Shown: positions 41,430 to 49,717 of the stretch, one piece after another
How the letters are laid out: every line of letters starts with the position of its first letter
How positions within the stretch are numbered: position 1 is the first letter of the stretch
Source of the DNA: a virus
Length of the DNA stretch: 64,000 nucleotides
Direction: 5' to 3' (one strand)
IMG/VR virus record: IMGVR_UViG_3300043397_000067
Coordinates: 16,015-80,014 of that record
Program-made: the position numbers and the translations under genes
Notes under the pieces: generated by a model
Seen by the model: the letters and a program-made list of their open reading frames with translations, nothing else
Database searches by the model: none
Told to the model about the DNA's origin: nothing

Positions 41430-41711
41430 TTAGCTTACTGTTCCGGGTTCAATTAGGCCATTTTGCACAAGGTAGGCATAAACAGAGTATGATAAATCAT
41501 CCCTGCGACTTAACCCATGGATGGGTTGTGAATCCAGTATAGCAGAAACTCCAGCCTCGTCTATCTGGAATGCCTGCTCACTAATAGCGTTAAATACTTC
41601 GTCCTCGCCAACATACCCAAATCTAACAGATACACTAGCCCTTCCATCAGGGTATAGCGTAAGAGGAAGCAGCTTTAACTGCTTTTTGTACACCCCGTAG
41701 GAAACAGGCAT
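41430..41711 (-). CDS. hypothetical protein
   Basis: Operon continuity. Confidence 0.5.
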   Translation of the reverse strand: MPVSYGVYKKQLKLLPLTLYPDGRASVSVRFGYVGEDEVFNAISEQAFQIDEAGVSAILDSQPIHGLSRRDDLSYSVYAYLVQNGLIEPGTVS

Positions 41712-41714
41712 AGC

Positions 41715-43199
41715 TTACTCCCATCCGTATATAAACGTAATGTTATGTGCCACAGTACCAGCCGTTGGTGCTGCACCAACCTTCTTCTTGACGCACTGTA
41801 CAAACTCACCGGGGTTGACGAACACTGGTGCATCGTCCAGATCAAGCCAGATATCCTGCAGCATTATAAGTGCAGCAGCACCCGATGCTACCGACTGCAC
41901 ACCCATAGGGATACGCCTAGGGGCTTTAGTAGCAGTACCCTCGGCAGTAGCAAGTGATACTGCAGTGTGGCCGAAAGCAAGTGACCATACAGCGTTATAA
42001 CCGCCGCCAGTAAGTGCGGTCTGTATGAAGCTTTGAATCTTCACACCGCGTACTACAAGTCTTGCGCCACGGGCGTTAACAGTGGCAGCTGGCACTTGGA
42101 AAGACTGAATGATACCATCAGTAGTTACTGCCAGCGTATCGGTTTCCCAGAACTGACCACCAAGTCCAGAACCTAAGGCTGCAGTCGTGTTAGTTGGTAC
42201 TGCTGCAGTCGGGTTAGCACTATTGGCAAAGCTAGCCAAGCTTCCTTGAGTAGCACCATCAAGTGCTTGGTAGCTGCCGTAAATACGGTTGCCCATAGTA
42301 GACATTACCGTAGCAATGTTACTGCCGCCGAGTCGCACGCTGTAGCCGCTTTCTGACGCTTGCAATGCGCCACCAGAAGCTCCACCAGTAACCCGGTGTT
42401 GGAAGAACTTACGCAAGGACTGCGACATGCACATCCGGCCTTGACCTGCTGGCAGCGGAATGATACCCATCAGCACAGCACCAGTACCATCATTCATCCA
42501 GAATGCTGCGTACACTCCGCCAATGTAGAGGATATACTGGTATCGCTTATTCAGCGTATACTGCCAAGGAGAAGCATTAGAGGAGGAAATCGGGAAGATA
42601 CCAGTAGAGGTTTCCGCTCCGTTGTAGCTGGCAATACCCTGCAAGCCCGAGCTATTAAGCCGGAAAAACACACCATCAGTAGGTGCTGCCGCTGTAATGG
42701 TGGCGGTCTGGCCCCCAAACTCTACAAAGTTGTTCGTAGGGCAGTTAGCAGAAAAAGCTACTTCTTGGTCAAAAGACAGGGTATGCGTTCCAATAGCAGG
42801 AAACGATGCATAGGTCTGAATGCCTGAAAAAGAACCAGCAGCAGAGCCTGATACATTAGCACTATTACTGGTAAAGTTACCAGCAACAAAGCCGTTAGCA
42901 AATGTGGTAGCAAGTGAGGTATGCTTACCTGTATACTGAGCAGCCGCAGAGTAGGAGTACTCGTCAAGTTGAATATCTTGGCTAACCCGGCCACGATAAT
43001 CAATATCAACTTCCATAGAAGCAAGCCGTGCTACACCTGTAATGACACCTTGGTCATTTTCAGAGAATGTCCTAGTAGCACCAACATTAGCAGCATTAGC
43101 CCACGCATCCGTTTCGGTAACTACTTCAAGTGACCTGTAGGAGTTAACGTCTGCGCCAGTCCCAGATACTGCACCTACGATTGTGTTGTCCATTGACAT
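41715..43199 (-). CDS. putative virion appendage/lectin-like protein
   Basis: 494 aa, beta-rich G/A/T/S composition; AAGGAA RBS. Confidence 0.5.
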   Translation of the reverse strand: MSMDNTIVGAVSGTGADVNSYRSLEVVTETDAWANAANVGATRTFSENDQGVITGVARLASMEVDIDYRGRVSQDIQLDEYSYSAAAQYTGKHTSLATTFANGFVAGNFTSNSANVSGSAAGSFSGIQTYASFPAIGTHTLSFDQEVAFSANCPTNNFVEFGGQTATITAAAPTDGVFFRLNSSGLQGIASYNGAETSTGIFPISSSNASPWQYTLNKRYQYILYIGGVYAAFWMNDGTGAVLMGIIPLPAGQGRMCMSQSLRKFFQHRVTGGASGGALQASESGYSVRLGGSNIATVMSTMGNRIYGSYQALDGATQGSLASFANSANPTAAVPTNTTAALGSGLGGQFWETDTLAVTTDGIIQSFQVPAATVNARGARLVVRGVKIQSFIQTALTGGGYNAVWSLAFGHTAVSLATAEGTATKAPRRIPMGVQSVASGAAALIMLQDIWLDLDDAPVFVNPGEFVQCVKKKVGAAPTAGTVAHNITFIYGWE

Positions 43200-43211
43200 A
43201 GTAGTTCCTTA

Positions 43212-43505
43212 TTAGTCTGCCCAAACCCAGCGCACCTTGTAGGTGCCTTGCAGTTTCTGTTGTGATGTTGCGTATATGGTAAAACCGGTAGCTGCTGTCG
43301 GTGTACCACAAGTCAAGCCGCAGAACACGTCAAAGTACCTGTGGTCCCTTGCAGTATGGTCAGCCGTGCTGTCATCACCCATTACCCAAGCCTCTGCCTT
43401 ACTCGTAGCGCTTATAGTGCCCTGACCAGAAACGACGACCGTTGCTTCGTTAGAGCCGGGAAAGGCTCCGAAGTTAATAGTCGCTGTTCCGGTTCCAGTA
43501 GCCAT
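43212..43505 (-). CDS. small virion protein
   Basis: Beta-rich; C-terminal G.Y.VRW motif; translationally coupled. Confidence 0.5.
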   Translation of the reverse strand: MATGTGTATINFGAFPGSNEATVVVSGQGTISATSKAEAWVMGDDSTADHTARDHRYFDVFCGLTCGTPTAATGFTIYATSQQKLQGTYKVRWVWAD

Positions 43506-43936
43506 TATGCGTTAATGTAGAGAGGTGTGGTGTACGTGATGCCGTAGTTACCGTTCGTGCTGGTAATGGTGCCGCCAAAGTCGACAAAGCTAATAAGCTT
43601 GTCGGTAGCTGCTGTACCGGTTGAAAGATAAATGATAGCGCCGACTGCCGAAATGCTAGCAGCAGTCCAGCCAGCCACAATATTCGATGGGGTCACTGGA
43701 ACTCTATTATTAGTGGTATCTACTGCACCCACCGTCATCGTCTGTGCAATACCACCAGTAGCGTAACCACCACCAGCGGCAACTTCGTTCGTCACATCAG
43801 AGCGGTTAACCCATGCGTCGATGTTACCAGCGCTTGGAACAGATGTTACGAGTAGTACCTTAAAAGTACCCGAAGCAAAGTTAACTCCAGCCCTAGCAAG
43901 GTGGTCTGCCAAGTTGGTAAAGTTCGATGATGCCAT
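43505..43936 (-). CDS. virion structural protein (FK..L...NEV..GY.TGG family)
   Basis: Recurrent phage motif; paralogous to 43949-44341. Confidence 0.55.
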   Translation of the reverse strand: MASSNFTNLADHLARAGVNFASGTFKVLLVTSVPSAGNIDAWVNRSDVTNEVAAGGGYATGGIAQTMTVGAVDTTNNRVPVTPSNIVAGWTAASISAVGAIIYLSTGTAATDKLISFVDFGGTITSTNGNYGITYTTPLYINA

Positions 43937-43948
43937 GCTAAAGCTCCG

Positions 43949-44341
43949 TTATGCTTGTGGGAATTCCCACGTAATGAGTGCGGCATTATCGCCTACACCC
44001 GCTGAAAACGTATCATTCACGGACTTTACTACTTCTCCAAAATCCTGAACGTACAACACAATGCCTGATTCTACGTGGTAAACAACAGCGCTACGCGCCG
44101 CTATGTTTGAATTTTTCCACTGCGCGTTAATGTTTCCACCAAGGTCTATAGCGCCCTCTCTTTGCACTACTTCCATAGCGCCTACGGATTTACCGCCAGT
44201 AGCGTAACCAGTTGTAGCACCAGCGGCTACTTCTCCACTGGAGCTATAAACTTCTCCAGTGAACATATCAGAATACAGAGCAATCTTTAGCTCTGTATTT
44301 TGGTAATCTCCACTAATATACCCAGCAAGCAGCTTAATCAT
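43949..44341 (-). CDS. virion structural protein, paralog of 43505-43936
   Basis: LKIALY...EVAAG..GYATGG...W...I.A..A..Y...DFG shared with its neighbour. Confidence 0.55.
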   Translation of the reverse strand: MIKLLAGYISGDYQNTELKIALYSDMFTGEVYSSSGEVAAGATTGYATGGKSVGAMEVVQREGAIDLGGNINAQWKNSNIAARSAVVYHVESGIVLYVQDFGEVVKSVNDTFSAGVGDNAALITWEFPQA

Positions 44342-46080
44342 TGCACAGCCTCTGCCGTAGTGGTTCCATCAGCGTTCTTTGTAAGAACCACTTTTCTGTT
44401 CACCGGCTGCTTACCCTGCTCAAGCACAAGGTTAAGCTCTATCGGCTGCATATCCACAGTAACTTGTACTGGCTTATTTGCAGAGCTTTGCATAGCAAAA
44501 GCCATATCCTGCACCGCTCTCATAGCACCCTCTGTTGCTTCTACCGCCCTGTCCGCGCTGGCGTGGGCACTGGACAGCATCTGCGCGGCAAGCTGCACAT
44601 CGGATTCAGCCTTCACGGGGCCTTTGGGAGCCGCTGGAGCCTTTGGCTTCAGGGTCTGGCCCATTGCACTGGTGTTGGAGTCTGGATTGCCTCCAGCCTG
44701 CCCAGCCGCGCCTTGACCTCGGAACATGGTGCCCGACTTTGGCGTGTAGCCGTCTGGTGGCAGGTTACCAGTCAGCGCTATACAAGCTTCTTCATCAGTC
44801 AAGAACCCAAGGCTTAGTAGGTCAAGGATGCGTGACTGCTCCATCGACTTATAAGCTTCAAGTTCTCGTGTCGGGCGTAGGTCAATCGGCTCATACTCAA
44901 ATTCTACATACGCATCTTGCCCCATGATGCGTACAGCAATAGTCATTGCACGGGAGTATATCTCATTGAGCTTAACCCGCAGCATATTCGCTTGCTTAAC
45001 ATACAGCATAGCTTCCGTAGAGCTAGCGTTCGATGTAGAGGCTTGGCCAAGGATAACCGGCAAGGTCTTTGCACCGCTACTCAGTTTCCCGTTCAGCACC
45101 TTCTGTATGCGCTCAATAATAGCGCTTGGGTCTTGCCCACCGTCGATGTATTTATAGTCTACTTGGTCGTAGCTAACAAACGCATCTTCTGGTGCAGCAC
45201 CGTTCACTACTGCTTGCACTTCCTGAATCAGTGCATTCTTGTACGCAGCGTACTTTTCAGGGTCGCCAAGGATATCAGGTGGCGTAAACTTCTTCACCGC
45301 TTCGCTATCAATAATAGCAGTCAAGCGCGGCAGCACAGCACGCTTCAAGGCTCTGCGTGTATCGTTGTTGAAGTCAATGTCTGCAAGGATAGGCTGTATA
45401 GCCGACTCCACGTATGAAGACGGGTACACCTCCGTTTGTAGCTGATCTACCGTAACATAAATAATGGTAGGCAAGTCCAGATCAATGTCTTCGCCACCGA
45501 TGCGCTGCTTAAGCTTGAAGCTGTTATCTTCTTCAAACATCACAAGTGTAGTAACACTGATTGGGTTAAGGCTAGCAGGAATCCTTGCCTTATCCAGCGC
45601 TACTTCCAAACAGCTAGCACCATCAAGAATCAACTCAAGGCCAAGCGCTTCGCTCAAGCTTTGCAAGCCCATCTGTGCGCCAAACGTACCATCTACGTTT
45701 CCAAGGTAGGTCATGCGGCGTAGCAACTCGTGTGCAAGCTTCGTAGCGTCTACGCTAATCTTGCCATCCATATCCCTTGCAGTCAGCTTAAACTTCTCGG
45801 GAATACCGGTACGCATCAAGAATGATACTGCGCTACTAAGGTCTGGGCTACTCTTGCTCAGCTCTCGCAGCACCTTCTGCGTATTAGACTGTGACCTTGC
45901 CGATACCAGTCTATCAGTATTAGCAAGGTTTCTATCAGTCTTTGGTGACGCACTTGTACGTACCGCAGTTTGTGTTCTATAGCCTGGCAGACCTTGAGGA
46001 CCCTTAGGAGCCTTAGGTATAGGCATTGGAGGCAGCAATGCCGCCTCAAACTTATTCATCAGGGTGTCTAGGAGTTTCAT
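44338..46080 (-). CDS. portal protein
   Basis: 580 aa directly after terL; helical; C-terminal LSLGFLTDEEA motif typical of portals. Confidence 0.75.
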   Translation of the reverse strand: MKLLDTLMNKFEAALLPPMPIPKAPKGPQGLPGYRTQTAVRTSASPKTDRNLANTDRLVSARSQSNTQKVLRELSKSSPDLSSAVSFLMRTGIPEKFKLTARDMDGKISVDATKLAHELLRRMTYLGNVDGTFGAQMGLQSLSEALGLELILDGASCLEVALDKARIPASLNPISVTTLVMFEEDNSFKLKQRIGGEDIDLDLPTIIYVTVDQLQTEVYPSSYVESAIQPILADIDFNNDTRRALKRAVLPRLTAIIDSEAVKKFTPPDILGDPEKYAAYKNALIQEVQAVVNGAAPEDAFVSYDQVDYKYIDGGQDPSAIIERIQKVLNGKLSSGAKTLPVILGQASTSNASSTEAMLYVKQANMLRVKLNEIYSRAMTIAVRIMGQDAYVEFEYEPIDLRPTRELEAYKSMEQSRILDLLSLGFLTDEEACIALTGNLPPDGYTPKSGTMFRGQGAAGQAGGNPDSNTSAMGQTLKPKAPAAPKGPVKAESDVQLAAQMLSSAHASADRAVEATEGAMRAVQDMAFAMQSSANKPVQVTVDMQPIELNLVLEQGKQPVNRKVVLTKNADGTTTAEAVQ

Positions 46081-46119
46081 GTGGTTATCATCCGGTCGGT
46101 TGACCGGATGATAACTTCC

Positions 46120-47808
46120 TTACGAGTATTCCTTGGGCCTAAACGCTACCAAAAGTGGAGTTCTCCCCGGTTCCGTCCACCCACTTACAGTGCCTAGCAG
46201 GGTAGTAGCAAGGAACATGTACATCAGTGAGAAGAAGTAGTGATCTTGCCCATCAGTCTTCTGCCAACTGAAAACAAGTTCATCATTTTGGAATATCTTA
46301 GTGCGCTTCAAGCTCAAGTAGTGCTCTTGCAGCACACCATCATCTGCTCCCTTTGAGATAAATATCTTATTTTCCTTGAATATCTCAAGCAGCTTATCAA
46401 ATGCAGCAGTACGGTTAATCTTTAGCAAGCGCAAGTTGAGCTTACCCTCTTCTGCATCCTCGTCTTTATCAGCCACAGTGTACATCTGCGGATTCTTGGA
46501 TGTTGTAAACACTGCACCATAAGCATTAGTATCTACTTCGCAGACTGACATAATCTCAGAAACATAAGGTTGTACGTCATGAACTGAGATAACTACCCGG
46601 TATTGGCGTATAAGCTCAAGGCGTCTTTCCCTGAACTTTGATAGTGGCACCATCTCTCTATGCACTACAAGCAACAAGCCTTCGTTAGACAGCCTGCCGA
46701 TAGTCACAGCGCACAGTAAGCCCATGTCAAAGCCCATGAAATGTATAGCACTGCTAGACAAATCCGCTTGTACAAGTGCCTTGCTTATATCCGCTGCCGT
46801 CAACTGCTCATTAGTATCTTCGCTTGTCTCACCTAATACCTGATTTTGCCACTCTGCTCTTGTATTGAACTCCGTACTTGTTCGTACCAAATACGCTGGC
46901 ACAAGCAAGCGGCAAGCAGTGACCGGTGTAACGTAGTGCGTATGTGCTTCATAGTTATCATCTGGGTTTTCTACTACCCACTCAAGTTTTGTAGGGTCAA
47001 GTTGTGGGTCGCGCCTGCAAGCAGGGCACATCCAGTGGGCTTTTTGCCACTGATAGTCCTTGATGTTGTATTTCGTTAACCCTTTAAGGTCATCATAGTA
47101 GCCCGGAATCACAATATCTGTATGGTAACTTGGCAACCACTTATGGCCACAGCAGTTGCATATACCCATGTGGCGTATGCGCTTTGAAGTCTCTGCTTCC
47201 TTAGAAATTCCCACACCTTCTTGTGTAGGAGTACTAAACTGCCTGATAATCTGGTGCTTAGAGGCTTGCAAGCGGCTTCTGAACTGCTTCAAGGTGTCCG
47301 GGTCACATCGGTCTATCTCGTCGGCTACAAGGCAGTCTGCGCTGATAGACAAGGCTGCAGTTTCTGATCTAGTTCCGCGAATAAACAAGAAATTGCCGTT
47401 GATTTCCTTTAACTCTGTAGAGTCTACATTGACGTTTAGCAAGCGCTTAAGGTCAGGACTACCGTAAAGTATGGGATTTACTTTGGTAATTGTCAGTTTT
47501 GTTGCATCATTGGTCGATGGCAAGGCATAAATAACGTTAAACTGTTTTTGTGTAGCAAGGGCAGATAGAAAGTAGCAGATTGTGCTGACAGTCAAGCCGA
47601 TTTGTGCTGGTTTGACTGTGTTCGTTACGCGTGAATCGTCATTAAGAATGGCTCGCTGGAACTCATAACCACCCGTAAAAGACAGCTTTTTGCTCTCTAA
47701 AATGATGTGTTTTTCTGCATAACTTGCTAAATTGTGCAGGTGAAATACGTTATTTAGGCCGTCTTCTATGCGTTTATAGTGGTCATTTAGCACTTCCTGC
47801 CCTTTCAA
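46120..47808 (-). CDS. terL: terminase large subunit (lambda gpA-like ATPase)
   Basis: KPAQIGLT, VADEIDR, FSTPT motifs; CxxC zinc motifs; nuclease GFDMG and DH. Start position uncertain. Confidence 0.9.
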   Translation of the reverse strand: MKGQEVLNDHYKRIEDGLNNVFHLHNLASYAEKHIILESKKLSFTGGYEFQRAILNDDSRVTNTVKPAQIGLTVSTICYFLSALATQKQFNVIYALPSTNDATKLTITKVNPILYGSPDLKRLLNVNVDSTELKEINGNFLFIRGTRSETAALSISADCLVADEIDRCDPDTLKQFRSRLQASKHQIIRQFSTPTQEGVGISKEAETSKRIRHMGICNCCGHKWLPSYHTDIVIPGYYDDLKGLTKYNIKDYQWQKAHWMCPACRRDPQLDPTKLEWVVENPDDNYEAHTHYVTPVTACRLLVPAYLVRTSTEFNTRAEWQNQVLGETSEDTNEQLTAADISKALVQADLSSSAIHFMGFDMGLLCAVTIGRLSNEGLLLVVHREMVPLSKFRERRLELIRQYRVVISVHDVQPYVSEIMSVCEVDTNAYGAVFTTSKNPQMYTVADKDEDAEEGKLNLRLLKINRTAAFDKLLEIFKENKIFISKGADDGVLQEHYLSLKRTKIFQNDELVFSWQKTDGQDHYFFSLMYMFLATTLLGTVSGWTEPGRTPLLVAFRPKEYS

Positions 47809-48154
47809 GTGCTGCTTTATATGCTAACAAGAACTCTTCATGTATAGCTGCATGTGGCTTCAAGGTTTCTAGCAGTACATCTTCAATGATTCTCAAGCGC
47901 CCAGCGTTGTATATATCCGTTTGCTGTTTAGTGATGCTAGCAAGGATAGAAGTAATGGTGTTTAGGGTCTGCGCTTTTTGGTTTAGCGGTGTTTCTGGAT
48001 CGTGCATAACCTCGGATATCAAGGTTTCTGCTCTGTTGTATTGCTTTAGTAGCTCAGTTTCAAGGTTTAGCTCGTTAAAGCTGGTAACCAAGTGTACTTT
48101 TGGTATAACCCTTGGAGTTTCTGGTACGTCGCCTTCAAAATCAATTAGACTCAT
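47783..48154 (-). CDS. probable terminase small subunit
   Basis: Helical 123 aa overlapping the terL start. Confidence 0.55.
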   Translation of the reverse strand: MSLIDFEGDVPETPRVIPKVHLVTSFNELNLETELLKQYNRAETLISEVMHDPETPLNQKAQTLNTITSILASITKQQTDIYNAGRLRIIEDVLLETLKPHAAIHEEFLLAYKAALERAGSAK

Positions 48155-48497
48155 TATCTATCTCCCTTACTTTGTTTACTGCGCGCATCATGGTGTTGTA
48201 GCTTACAAAGGCTATTTTTGCAGCTTGTGATATGCTGTACTTTCCCTTTATTACTTCCCGACCAAGCTCTAATTTCAAGGCTTTACGCGCTTCAATTAAG
48301 GGCTTTTTATTGAATATGGGTTGCTTGCCGGGAAAGACTGAGGATACGTATTTCTCATGCACTCCAAGCTGCTTGGCAAGTTCCCTAGTCGTTATTCTGC
48401 GCTCCCAGAGGTCTTGTCTTTGCTGTTCCGTCGTGCGCGAGGCTACGGTGTCAGGTCGCTTTGGGTTGGCTTTGGGCCATGTCACAGGATATGTCAT
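48141..48497 (-). CDS. basic tandem-HTH DNA-binding protein
   Basis: TTRELAKQLGVHEKYVS and SISQAAKIAFVSYNTM helix-turn-helix patterns. Confidence 0.65.
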   Translation of the reverse strand: MTYPVTWPKANPKRPDTVASRTTEQQRQDLWERRITTRELAKQLGVHEKYVSSVFPGKQPIFNKKPLIEARKALKLELGREVIKGKYSISQAAKIAFVSYNTMMRAVNKVREIDNESN

Positions 48498-48607
48498 TTT
48501 CGGATTGTGCCATAGAATTTTTGGTTTGTGTCGTGTAGGTGTGCATATGTATGTGTTTATAAAAGTTTTAAAATATATTTTGCATTTTTTTGAGGGCTGG
48601 TATGCCG

Positions 48608-48664
48608 CTGTCCACAACTTATCCACAATGTGTATACGTCCAGCTGTGGATAACTTGTGGATAT
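48608..48664. promoter_or_regulatory. cluster of five DnaA boxes
   Basis: CTGTCCACA 48608, TTATCCACA 48619 (perfect), TGTGTATAC 48629, TGTGGATAA 48645 (perfect, reverse), TGTGGATAT 48656. Confidence 0.75.
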
Positions 48665-48842
48665 CATATTAGGGTAAACCCCTATTCCCTAAACGCCGAT
48701 TCTATGTTAGTCGCGCGCCTAGGTGTTAACCCCTAGCACACAATCTGCACCTTGTATATAGGGGTTTGCCCTATGGTGTCCGGACTGTAGTCGTGAGAAT
48801 ATATGGGTGTCGGTTGATCGTAACCGGTGGCCCTAGGGCCGT

Positions 48843-48854
48843 GATCATTAACAA
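48843..48854 (+). promoter_or_regulatory. boxA-like antitermination element
   Basis: GATCATTAACAA directly after the GGCCCTAGGGCC hairpin; a second copy lies at 49549. Confidence 0.4.
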
Positions 48855-48951
48855 ATCAGACGGTTAAGCACTCCCCGCGCGGCCCCCGCGCTGGGTGTGG
48901 GGAGTGCTCAAAATTCACCCAGCGCGGGAAACCTTTATAGGAAACCCCACC

Positions 48952-49485
48952 ATGCAAACCACAAAATCTATCGCCCTATCTTTTCTCTCTGCAAAACAGC
49001 TGCAAGCGGCCGCAAACTTGGCGGAAATGTCCAGCACTGAACTGACCCTCACGGCCACGGCGGGCCGTGGCGCGGCCCGTAAAGTAGCGGCCCAAATTGT
49101 CGCCGACAATTCATTAGGCGAAGTGCTCGCCCAGTATGAAGCATCCAAATGTTCACGCCCCGAACCGCTGGCCCGGTATGTCCGGGCCTACGTGGGTCAG
49201 TATGAAAGCACGGATAAGCTGCAGGTTTGCCCGTTCAACCGGGCTGGCTTTGAAGCTTACCCACATGCGCTGCAAAGCTGGGCGCTGTCCAGCGAAAACG
49301 AAAAAACGCAGTCGGCCCGGTTGAAAGTGGCCGCGCATGTTGAAAGCGTCGTAAAGCTTGCCGCGCAAGCCTATGACAACATGAAAGCGCAGGAAGCTGC
49401 AGCGCAGGAAGCTGCAGCGCAGGAAGCTGCAGCGCAGGAAGCTGCAGCGCAGGAAGCTGCAGCGCAGGAAGCTGCAACAGCTTGA
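48952..49485 (+). CDS. first early gene, hypothetical with (AQEAA)6 tail
   Basis: AGGAAA RBS; Ala-rich ORF. Confidence 0.6.
   Translation: MQTTKSIALSFLSAKQLQAAANLAEMSSTELTLTATAGRGAARKVAAQIVADNSLGEVLAQYEASKCSRPEPLARYVRAYVGQYESTDKLQVCPFNRAGFEAYPHALQSWALSSENEKTQSARLKVAAHVESVVKLAAQAYDNMKAQEAAAQEAAAQEAAAQEAAAQEAAAQEAATA
49387..49476 (+). repeat. perfect tandem repeat 6 x 15 bp
   Basis: GCGCAGGAAGCTGCA x6. Confidence 0.97.
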
Positions 49486-49508
49486 AACCCGCCGGGCCGC
49501 TATCGGCC

Positions 49509-49549
49509 CGGTTTTCATAGCGGCCCACAGTGGGCCGCTATGAAAACCG
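49509..49549. repeat. 19-bp perfect inverted repeat
   Basis: CGGTTTTCATAGCGGCCCA-CAG-TGGGCCGCTATGAAAACCG. Confidence 0.9.
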
Positions 49550-49560
49550 ATCTTTAAAAA
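49549..49560 (+). promoter_or_regulatory. boxA-like antitermination element
   Basis: GATCTTTAAAAA directly after the long hairpin. Confidence 0.4.
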
Positions 49561-49657
49561 TTCAATGCAAGCTGAAAACCCGCCTTTAGTGGCAGGGATA
49601 AGCACGTCCGGGCCTTAGGTGGTCGCCGGGCGGAAAAGTACACTACGGGAAACCCTA

Positions 49658-49717
49658 CGGGCCGCACCTTAACCGGGCCGCTAGTGACTAACCGGGCCGC
49701 ACCTTAACCGGGCCGCT
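49658..49717 (+). repeat. direct repeats, 4 x CGGGCCGC (25-bp unit duplicated)
   Basis: CGGGCCGCACCTTAACCGGGCCGCT at 49658 and 49693. Confidence 0.9.

Noticed and set aside
6595-47808. Introns/inteins in polymerase, thyA or terminase; stop-codon reassignment
   Set aside because: These ORFs are continuous, of ordinary length, and end normally under code 11; no splice motifs recognised.
49153-49605. Minus-strand ORFs with (CSFLR)n / (PALQL)n repeats
   Set aside because: Alternative frames of the 15-bp VNTR.
49658-49717. Possible mini-CRISPR array
   Set aside because: Repeats of 8-25 bp with 8-11 bp spacers do not fit CRISPR geometry; no cas genes.
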